From Promethearchaeati archaeon (lineage in GTDB: Archaea; Asgardarchaeota; Heimdallarchaeia; JABLTI01), in the NCBI GenBank assembly GCA_013166835.1, contig JABLTI010000040.1, positions 1-23,134 of the forward strand: a DNA stretch of 23,134 nucleotides. The letters run 5' to 3'. This document shows, piece after piece, positions 1 to 6,820 of this stretch (position 1 is the stretch's first letter; each line of letters opens with the position of its first letter). Below the pieces are notes generated by a model. The model was given only the letters and a program-made list of their open reading frames with translations. It was not told the DNA's origin and did no database searches. Both the position numbers and the translations under genes were made by a program.

Positions 1-63
1 GACAGCCTTATCATAATCTATTGAAGATAAAGCAGTCATTACCTCACGAGAGTACTTGTCCAA
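1..63 (-). CDS. 5' end of a hypothetical protein running off the left edge (MDKYSREVMTALSSIDYDKAV...)
   Basis: TTG at 63-61 with a GGTGA RBS (76-72) 8 nt upstream; 21 open codons to the window edge; divergent from the CDS at 330. Confidence 0.55.
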   Translation of the reverse strand, partial: MDKYSREVMTALSSIDYDKAV

Positions 64-329
64 ACTACACTTCACCAATTTCTCTAATTAAAAACGCAAC
101 GGTCAGAATTGACTTTAAAATCTTTGGATAAACTACGGATATTATAACAAAACTAGTTCTGAAATGAATTATATCGCTTATAATGTATATTCCTAAGTAA
201 CGATAATCTTTATAGTAATGAATGTTAACTATTAAAGCTGATATTCAAGAGGAAAGAATAATTTTAGGCTAAAAGTGAATAAGTCTAGATTAAAAAAGTT
301 GAATGTCAAAATAGTTTGGGTTGGTATAA

Positions 330-1631
330 TTGAGCGTTTTAGGCTTAAAAATAAAAAATGGGATTCTAAAGAGTAGCTACTCCTATCTAATTCTCTTAAT
401 TGGTATTTTAAGTATTATTTTTTTATCAGCTCAAATAAGATTCACCAATACAAATCAAGAAGGTATAATTATAGATCCTAATAATGATCACTGGGAAATA
501 TCTGCAGAAATACAAATGCAAAAACTAGTAAATGATGGCAAGATTATAGATGATGTAAGTGATTTGGATAACGATGGCTTGCCAGATATTGAAGAGGCCA
601 AATACCATTGTAGTCCTAATATACCGGATACAGATGGAGATGGTTTGTTAGACGGTGCTGAAGTTTATATTTATAATACAATTCCAAGTCGAGCTGATTC
701 TGATAATGATAACTTATTTGATTCATGGGAAATATTCAGATATTTCACTCATCCAATGTTATACGATACAGATTATGATGGTCTAAGTGATGGCGTAGAA
801 ATTTTAATACACAAAAGTAATCCTTTTCTTTCTGACACAGATTACGATAATCTTGATGATTACTCTGAAATAATGATTTATTTCACAGATATTCATTGTC
901 CTGATACGGACAAAGATGGATTATCAGATGGCGATGAAGTAAATATTTACAAGACCAATCCTTTGATGACCGACACTGATGGAGATCATCTAGAAGATGA
1001 ATGGGAAGTAATGAACAACCATAACCCAAATAAACCTGATAATTATCAACGGATATTTGGATTATATGTTTTACCTCCAGTTATTGCTATTGCACTTCTA
1101 TTTATAGCTATATTTGGTTCTGTAGGATTGAAGACAATTAATGTTTTTAGATTTAAATCAGATTTTAAGAAAGAAACACAGGTAGAACATGATAAACAAT
1201 TACTCTATGAACTCTTATCAAGAATACCTGAAGACCAAGAAATTGATGTACGAAAGCTAGCGGAATTAACTCATGAAACAGAAGATGAAATTCTTCGATT
1301 ACTTTCTTGTATATTTGATTCTGAAGGAGATAATGGTTCCGAACTAACTACAAATGATATTGTTTTTAAAACAAGTTCAGAGAAACAAGATTTCAACATT
1401 GCTTGTTTCTACTGTAATAATCCAATTGATATTAAGAAGGATCACTGCGATTATTGTGAAGAAAAGATTGTTCGTTGTAAAGAGTGCGATGTGATAGTTA
1501 CTTACTCAGATGTCTATGCGATCTGTACTAGTTGTGGTATTATAGGCGAACCTGAAAACATCACTGGTATCTTATCTGTGGAGATTATCTGTGAGATATG
1601 TTTGGTTCAAAGCAGATATTTTTACGTTTGA
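330..1631 (+). CDS. Membrane protein: N-terminal signal/TM, 7 Ca-binding DxDxDGLxD (TSP3-like) repeats, second TM, HTH-like segment, C-terminal Zn-ribbon plus degenerate RING-like domain
   Basis: 433-aa ORF; hydrophobic segments YLILLIGILSIIFLSA and IFGLYVLPPVIAIALLFIAIFGSVGL; DTDGDGLLDGAE-type repeats; five CxxC pairs (CFYC, CDYC, CKEC, CTSC, CEIC). Confidence 0.85.
   Translation: MSVLGLKIKNGILKSSYSYLILLIGILSIIFLSAQIRFTNTNQEGIIIDPNNDHWEISAEIQMQKLVNDGKIIDDVSDLDNDGLPDIEEAKYHCSPNIPDTDGDGLLDGAEVYIYNTIPSRADSDNDNLFDSWEIFRYFTHPMLYDTDYDGLSDGVEILIHKSNPFLSDTDYDNLDDYSEIMIYFTDIHCPDTDKDGLSDGDEVNIYKTNPLMTDTDGDHLEDEWEVMNNHNPNKPDNYQRIFGLYVLPPVIAIALLFIAIFGSVGLKTINVFRFKSDFKKETQVEHDKQLLYELLSRIPEDQEIDVRKLAELTHETEDEILRLLSCIFDSEGDNGSELTTNDIVFKTSSEKQDFNIACFYCNNPIDIKKDHCDYCEEKIVRCKECDVIVTYSDVYAICTSCGIIGEPENITGILSVEIICEICLVQSRYFYV
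561..1040 (+). repeat. Seven tandem 22-23-aa DxDxDxLxDxxE...P coding repeats (bacterial/archaeal TSP3-like calcium-binding repeats)
   Basis: DLDNDGLPDIEE, DTDGDGLLDGAE, DSDNDNLFDSWE, DTDYDGLSDGVE, DTDYDNLDDYSE, DTDKDGLSDGDE, DTDGDHLEDEWE in the translation. Confidence 0.9.
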
Positions 1632-1636
1632 CGAAC

Positions 1637-1660
1637 TCTTTCTTTTTCTCCTTTTTTCTT
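1637..1660 (+). terminator. Pyrimidine/oligo-T tract, probable archaeal-type terminator
   Basis: ctctttctttttctccttttttct immediately after the TGA at 1631. Confidence 0.45.
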
Positions 1661-1725
1661 AAATACTATATTTCATCAGAACAATTTTAAAATACAGAAG
1701 CAGATTAGTTTTCTAGGTGCTATCT

Positions 1726-2844
1726 ATGAAGAAAATGGTAATGCTTGCTCGAGAGATAACAAAGAAAGAAATAGATTTAGGTATAGGAACAGAGAGGAGC
1801 AGTACCAGGCTTTCACCAATTTTTAAAACGCTAAACCTAAACATACCGATTAAAAATAGCGAAAAATATACTCCTGAGATTCCAATCAATCCTTTTGATG
1901 GGACACCAATGTTAGTTATGCCACTACTATTTATTCCGCATGATGAATCTTATCTTTTTGGTACTCCGTCAATTATTGAGAAAGCTGGAAAACAAGAATT
2001 GCAACCAACAAAGGTTTTCTCTGATCCTGGTAAAGGAACCGGTTCTCCAATTATTGCGACATCACTAATTGCAGAAGATGATGACATTCTTATCGTTGCT
2101 GCTTGTGATCAATACCATAGTCCAGAAGTGAAATCTGCTGTTACTAAAATACTTGAGAAAATGAAGAAAGAAGAGTTTCAAAGTGGCACTGTTCTCACAA
2201 CAGGAACAAGAAATCCTGCTTTTAGTTACATTAAAGTGAAAGAGGATAAAGCCATTGAGTTTATGTTAAAAGGAACAATTCCGAAGGATGATATGATAGC
2301 AGAAACAATGATTGTCTGCATTCGTAATAAGTATTTGAGAAAACAAATTCTTTCAAAGAAAAATGTAACAATCGAGCAATTAAAGGAAATTTATCCTTAT
2401 TCAGAAGAAGAATTAAAGAAAATACAAACTCAATTACATGAAATCGCGAAGCTTATGGATACTTGTAATGATGTTGACGAGTATTTAGCAAAATGCCCTT
2501 TCTGTGATTTCTCAAAAGTTATTCATAGACTTTTAATTCCAAAAATGACGTATTCGACTGTTAAATATCAAGAAGAATGGGACGATTTAGGAGATTGGCA
2601 GAAAATATATCGATCACCAATTTATCCAAAAGATAAGAATGGCAATACTGTTTTTTCCATTCCGAAACTAATATCATACACAAATTGTGAAAATTCGGTC
2701 ATAGCCAATTTTACTTATAATAAAATCATTGTAAGTGGTTTGAAGAATCGTATTTTTGCTGTTGGTCCTCGAGGAACAATTGACTTACCTCTTGATATGA
2801 ATCCTCAAGATTTCAAAAAAGAAGTAGTTAAAGTGCAAATGTAA
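1726..2844 (+). CDS. Divergent sugar-phosphate nucleotidyltransferase, mannose-1-phosphate guanylyltransferase (ManC/GMP)-like fold
   Basis: Colinear remnants of ManC motifs: VMLA..STRLSP, DPGKGTGSPI, VAACDQ, FSYI, EF.LK, WDDLGDW, DKNGN, NCENSVI, IIVSGLKN. ATG 1726 is preferred over GTG 1717 because AGGTG at 1715-1719 serves as its RBS. Confidence 0.7.
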   Translation: MKKMVMLAREITKKEIDLGIGTERSSTRLSPIFKTLNLNIPIKNSEKYTPEIPINPFDGTPMLVMPLLFIPHDESYLFGTPSIIEKAGKQELQPTKVFSDPGKGTGSPIIATSLIAEDDDILIVAACDQYHSPEVKSAVTKILEKMKKEEFQSGTVLTTGTRNPAFSYIKVKEDKAIEFMLKGTIPKDDMIAETMIVCIRNKYLRKQILSKKNVTIEQLKEIYPYSEEELKKIQTQLHEIAKLMDTCNDVDEYLAKCPFCDFSKVIHRLLIPKMTYSTVKYQEEWDDLGDWQKIYRSPIYPKDKNGNTVFSIPKLISYTNCENSVIANFTYNKIIVSGLKNRIFAVGPRGTIDLPLDMNPQDFKKEVVKVQM

Positions 2845-2846
2845 AA

Positions 2847-3968
2847 TTAATCATATTTTTCCACTTTTTCTAACGCGTATCTTAAAATTCCTTTGAAGAA
2901 ACGATGATTGCCTAATTTTTCTTTACAAAAATCTGTTAGACGATGTTCACTAATAGCTTCTTTTGCTTCAACGAGAATTTGTTGGTACACATAGGCATTA
3001 TGCATTGCTCTGTTCTTAAATCCCTCATTTCCGCCTAGTTTCATTTTTCTTTCTATCTCTTCAAGATCTTCATTTGAACAGATAGGACAAGAACAATTGT
3101 ATTCATTCCATTTGACACTTGTAGTGCACATGGTTGTTTGTTTTGAAACTTTTCTCGCACCAATCTTATCTTGATAAACTAAGAAATATTTTGCATTCAT
3201 GATCCAGGAGATACTTTCAATACTATCAGCCCCTGCTAGCAAAAATAACAAGCCAGCAAGTGGACTTCCCACACCAAATACATGAAGCAATAATTCTTCA
3301 TTTATTGAATTCAATTGCTTTCTTGCTTCCAATACTCTATCAATTATGTTAAAGTATCTTGTATGAGAAGTAGATGATTGCTTCATTTGAGGAACTAAAC
3401 CTCCAATACCCCATATCTTAAAATCTGAGATTTTCTTAACTTTTACAAAATACTTCTTGATTTCTTCTTGTGTTGTTCCATGTAAAACAGGCATAACCTC
3501 AATACCATTACGAATATACTTTGTTGAAAGTTTGATGTTTTCCAGAGATTTCTTCGTTAGTTCGTTTACTTTTTCAGGTGAAAAATCTTGTAAAATTGGA
3601 TAATCTAAGCCTACAGCAATATCAGTTTTAGAAGCATTTTGTAGATCAATAATTCTAAGTGGATCAATATCCTCTTCTTCTCCTCGAGAGATGAATTGAA
3701 ACCCCCCGGAGTCCATTACGCATATTTCATTTTTTAGCTCTAATTCCTTATGTATTCCCTTATCTCTAACTCTTTTCTCGAGACGACCATTTTGTAGAAT
3801 GTCATAGGCATTTGTCATTACAGAACAATTAGGTATTTTCAACCAAGGTCGAGGATTGTTATCTCTAAACGAATATGTCAACATCATGGTTGGTGTATGA
3901 AATGTCTTAGAATTAACTAGGGTTTTCTTTTCAAAAATTAAACCATTTCGCTCTTTTTTAGTAGCCAT
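2847..3968 (-). CDS. tRNA-guanine transglycosylase (TGT)-family protein, catalytic barrel plus Zn site only (ArcTGT/DpdA-like paralog, no PUA domain)
   Basis: Motifs TP, TNAY, MDSGGFQ, LDYP, PVLHG, GIGGLVP, HVFGVG, GADSIES, Zn ligands CSCPIC and HN. Confidence 0.9.
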   Translation of the reverse strand: MATKKERNGLIFEKKTLVNSKTFHTPTMMLTYSFRDNNPRPWLKIPNCSVMTNAYDILQNGRLEKRVRDKGIHKELELKNEICVMDSGGFQFISRGEEEDIDPLRIIDLQNASKTDIAVGLDYPILQDFSPEKVNELTKKSLENIKLSTKYIRNGIEVMPVLHGTTQEEIKKYFVKVKKISDFKIWGIGGLVPQMKQSSTSHTRYFNIIDRVLEARKQLNSINEELLLHVFGVGSPLAGLLFLLAGADSIESISWIMNAKYFLVYQDKIGARKVSKQTTMCTTSVKWNEYNCSCPICSNEDLEEIERKMKLGGNEGFKNRAMHNAYVYQQILVEAKEAISEHRLTDFCKEKLGNHRFFKGILRYALEKVEKYD

Positions 3969-3989
3969 TTCAATTTTCGCTCGTTAACA

Positions 3990-4577
3990 CTATAAGAGAT
4001 TATTATTTTTGAGAGTTGTCTCCACTATTTCCCGTACTTTCGGTAGATTGTATGTTAGTGGAGGGGCATATTTAACTTTTGAGGAGAGCAATTTTTCTGA
4101 TAATTTGCTTTGTTTCTTATTTTGTTGGATCTTTTCTAGTGCTTGTTCGAATATTTTCCGGTGGTGTTTTGGCAAAACGTAGAAGGAGTACTTATGAGCA
4201 TGAATTAATTTAGGGAGAATAACAGATAACCTCTCTATGAAGATGCTTCGACCTTCTTTTTTCATTTCATTTGGAGGGAAATCATACTTAGTAATGTTGG
4301 TATCATCGAATTCTTCTGGAATAATTATTGCAGGTTCTGAAACTGTGTAGATTTGACTTAGATCTTTAATTGAGAGCTTCTTATTTAGCATTGCATGAAA
4401 CACACGTCTGTACGGAGATTTATTGTATGGTTTATGTTTTGAACAACTTAAGAAAAAAGCAATTGGTTTCTCAACATTTGGAATGTAATCATCAATCATG
4501 AATCTATAATGCTTAACGAATCTAGGTTCTTGGAATAATTCATCTCCACCAATTAAGAAATCATCAGAAGTATTCAT
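3990..4577 (-). CDS. Stand-alone DUF5591-type protein (archaeosine synthase ArcS central-domain-like)
   Basis: Motif FLSCSKHKPYNKS (cf. ArcS PCSxxKPYSxS), then VSEPAIIIPEE and YDFPP; ends 21 nt upstream of the TGT-like gene on the same strand. Confidence 0.8.
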   Translation of the reverse strand: MNTSDDFLIGGDELFQEPRFVKHYRFMIDDYIPNVEKPIAFFLSCSKHKPYNKSPYRRVFHAMLNKKLSIKDLSQIYTVSEPAIIIPEEFDDTNITKYDFPPNEMKKEGRSIFIERLSVILPKLIHAHKYSFYVLPKHHRKIFEQALEKIQQNKKQSKLSEKLLSSKVKYAPPLTYNLPKVREIVETTLKNNNLL

Positions 4578-4696
4578 AAAGAAACCTACTATGAAGCAAT
4601 TGTAATACTATTCTTGTAAAGGACTGTTATTAAGAGTTAGGGTTGGATAGGTGAAAGTAAAAGAAATGAGGAATCAGCATTTAGAATATAATAGGT

Positions 4697-4712
4697 AATA
4701 CTTTTTTTAATA
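4697..4712 (+). promoter_or_regulatory. Putative TATA-box promoter of the 4768 gene
   Basis: AATACTTTTTTTAATA about 55 nt upstream of the TTG; near-identical to the element upstream of gap. Confidence 0.4.
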
Positions 4713-4767
4713 GGAAAGAATCATATGAAAGTATGAATTATGACTAACCATTTGGTGGGAAAAAATT

Positions 4768-5481
4768 TTGTTAGATGAAGTATTAGTAATTCGAGAGAGT
4801 TTACCCATTTTCTACTACAACAGAGATCCAACAATTGCATTTGATGATGACTATTATATTTTACAATCGGGATTCTTCGTAGCCTTATCTGCTTTTGCGA
4901 ATGAAATGAGCGATGATAAGCTAAAATACATTGTTTTAGAAAACAAACTATATGCTCTCGACGAAGTATCTGAAATTCTAGTTATATTCGGCGACAAAGA
5001 AAAATTAACACAAGATGTGATAAATAAACTTCAAGAAGACATCTCAAAAGCTGCGAAATATCTTAACTTCTTAATCGAAAAACATGATATGGGGGAATTT
5101 CTTCCTTCACAAAAAGTCTTAAGCTTACTTGCGAAAGACTTTGGAGAGTATCTCAAACAAGAAGATCTAGTTGAAGATGATTCTCCTTTCGACCTAAACA
5201 AGTCAAGAAGTATGATGCAAAAATTCATTTTCAGTACAATTGGATACAAGCCAGGTCAATGTAATATAGGTCATGCTGAAAGATTAAAGCGACTCATGAT
5301 TGGTCTAATGGGATTTGTTGTAACAATAATTGGAGCAATTCTCTTCATGGTCTTTAGTTTAAATGCATGGTATATGCTGCTTCTTGCGGTACCATTATTT
5401 ATGGGCTTCTTTGGTTTATATCAGTATTCATTCAAATTCTGTGCTGTCAATGGCCTTACTAAGAAATATGACATGAGGTAA
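4768..5481 (+). CDS. N-terminal longin/roadblock-like domain fused to a C-terminal two-TM DUF2892/YgaP-like membrane domain
   Basis: N-terminus VLVIRESLPIFYY..LQSGFFVALSAFANEM..LKYIVLE (Asgard longin-like pattern); C-terminus YKPGQCNIGHAERLKR, two hydrophobic helices, then FCAVNG. Confidence 0.7.
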   Translation: MLDEVLVIRESLPIFYYNRDPTIAFDDDYYILQSGFFVALSAFANEMSDDKLKYIVLENKLYALDEVSEILVIFGDKEKLTQDVINKLQEDISKAAKYLNFLIEKHDMGEFLPSQKVLSLLAKDFGEYLKQEDLVEDDSPFDLNKSRSMMQKFIFSTIGYKPGQCNIGHAERLKRLMIGLMGFVVTIIGAILFMVFSLNAWYMLLLAVPLFMGFFGLYQYSFKFCAVNGLTKKYDMR

Positions 5482-5494
5482 AGGAGGAATAAAG

Positions 5495-5659
5495 ATGTCA
5501 CAACTAAAATTACCAAAAGCTGAATTTATTCATGGAGAAATTGATTATCCAGAAATGATTAAACGAGATTATCGAAAAGCACTCTTAGTTATCTTTCTGG
5601 CAACAATTTCAACCGTTGCCATTGTTGCAGGATTGTTTGTACTGGCTTTCTTTATTTAA
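5495..5659 (+). CDS. 54-aa tail-anchored membrane microprotein (MSQLKLPKAEFIHGEIDYPEMIKRDYRKALLVIFLATISTVAIVAGLFVLAFFI)
   Basis: ATG 5495 with strong AGGAGGA RBS at 5482-5488; TAA 5657-5659; uncharged hydrophobic C-terminal 26 aa preceded by KR..RK; missing from the ORF track. Confidence 0.75.
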   Translation: MSQLKLPKAEFIHGEIDYPEMIKRDYRKALLVIFLATISTVAIVAGLFVLAFFI

Positions 5660-5713
5660 AAGAAGCCTTACAAACCATTATAATTTTTTTTATAATAGTA
5701 TTAGTTTTCTTTT

Positions 5714-5730
5714 CGAAATACTTTTTTAAA
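5714..5730 (+). promoter_or_regulatory. Putative BRE-TATA promoter of gap
   Basis: CGAAATAC-TTTTTTAAA about 58 nt upstream of ATG 5789; resembles the archaeal BRE plus TTTAWA consensus. Confidence 0.5.
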
Positions 5731-5788
5731 TCTCTATCTAGATGTGAACAAGAATTAACTTTATACTAACTTTCATGTTGGAATAACC

Positions 5789-6793
5789 ATGGGAAAAAAA
5801 ATTGCTATTAATGGTTTTGGGCGTATAGGTCGTCTTTTCTTCAGGAGTGTAATAGAAAACCATCCTGAGTTAGATGTTGTGTTTATTAACGATTTATTTG
5901 AGCCAAAATATCTCGCTTATGTTTTGAAATATGATTCCGTTTTTGGCAAGTTCAAAGGAACTGTAGAACACACTGATAATTCTTTGATTATTGATGGGAA
6001 AGAAATCCCTATTATTGCAGAACGAGATCCGACTAATCTTCCTCATACCAAATTTAAAGTTGATGTAGCAGTAGAATGCACAGGATTTTTTGTGGATAGG
6101 GAAGGTGCGAGTAAACATTTGGAAGCAGGTGCGAAACGTGTCTTGATTAGTGCTCCAGCAAAAAACCCAGACATTACTGTTGTACTTGGTTGTAATGATG
6201 ACAAAATTAAGAACGAACACAAAATAATTTCCAATGCATCTTGCACTACAAATTGTCTAGCACCGATAGTTAAAGTTCTAGATGATAATTATACAATTAC
6301 TCAAGGTATTATGACAACAATTCATTCATATACTGGCAACCAAAACCCAGTCGATACTGGGAGAGCGGGTGATCCAGTGAAAATGATTCGAGGTAGAGCT
6401 TGTGCAGTTAATATTATTCCAACTTCAACAGGAGCAGCAAAAGCTATAGGAGAAGTATACCCACATCTAAAAGGTAAACTTGATGGATTCGCTATGAGAG
6501 TTCCAACAGTCAATGGAAGTGTCATTGATCTAAAAGTCAATGTCGAAAAGGTTCCAACAGTTGATGATATTAACTTAAAAATGAAAACAGCAGCGGAAGG
6601 AGAGCTGAAAGGTATTCTCTCCTATACAGATGATCCAATTGTCTCATCAGATATTATAGGTGATCCAAATAGCTCTGTCTTCTCGAGTATGTGGACAAAA
6701 GTAAATGGTAATATGATATCAATAGTTAGTTGGTATGATAACGAATGGGCATATTCTAATCGTTTGGCTGAATTAATCATAAAACGATTATAA
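5789..6793 (+). CDS. gap: Type I (bacterial/eukaryotic class) glyceraldehyde-3-phosphate dehydrogenase
   Basis: INGFGRIGR, LKYDS, ECTG, ISAP, catalytic SNASCTTNCLAP, TTIHSYT, NIIPTSTGAAKA, RVPT, WYDNE. Confidence 0.97.
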   Translation: MGKKIAINGFGRIGRLFFRSVIENHPELDVVFINDLFEPKYLAYVLKYDSVFGKFKGTVEHTDNSLIIDGKEIPIIAERDPTNLPHTKFKVDVAVECTGFFVDREGASKHLEAGAKRVLISAPAKNPDITVVLGCNDDKIKNEHKIISNASCTTNCLAPIVKVLDDNYTITQGIMTTIHSYTGNQNPVDTGRAGDPVKMIRGRACAVNIIPTSTGAAKAIGEVYPHLKGKLDGFAMRVPTVNGSVIDLKVNVEKVPTVDDINLKMKTAAEGELKGILSYTDDPIVSSDIIGDPNSSVFSSMWTKVNGNMISIVSWYDNEWAYSNRLAELIIKRL

Positions 6794-6799
6794 CAGTCA

Positions 6800-6820
6800 T
6801 TTCCCCATTTCTTTTTTTTT
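6800..6820 (+). terminator. Oligo-T terminator of gap, at the convergent junction
   Basis: ttccccatttctttttttttt directly after the stop codon. Confidence 0.5.

Noticed and set aside
561-1040. Periodic GATxxxGATxxxGAT pattern considered as a possible CRISPR or DNA tandem repeat
   Set aside because: Nucleotide copies are degenerate at synonymous positions and in frame; the periodicity is explained by protein repeats
1629-1631. Possible selenocysteine readthrough of the TGA ending the Cys-rich ORF
   Set aside because: The TGA is not in a CxxU-like context, is followed by a T-rich terminator-like tract, and no SECIS-like hairpin was evident
2847-3968. Calling the gene canonical tgtA (ArcTGT), bacterial tgt or dpdA
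   Set aside because: It lacks PUA/C-terminal domains, lacks the bacterial DEC and GLxxGE pocket residues, has Glu at the nucleophile site, and has no dpdB/dpdC neighbours; left without a symbol
5495-5659. SecE/Sec61-gamma or SNARE identity for the microprotein
   Set aside because: No KPxxxE[FY] SecE motif at the expected spacing from the TM helix, and the head is too short for a SNARE coiled coil
5894-6540. Minus-strand ORFs 5894-6220, 6043-6246 and 6322-6540
   Set aside because: Fully antisense to the highly conserved gap gene; no motifs
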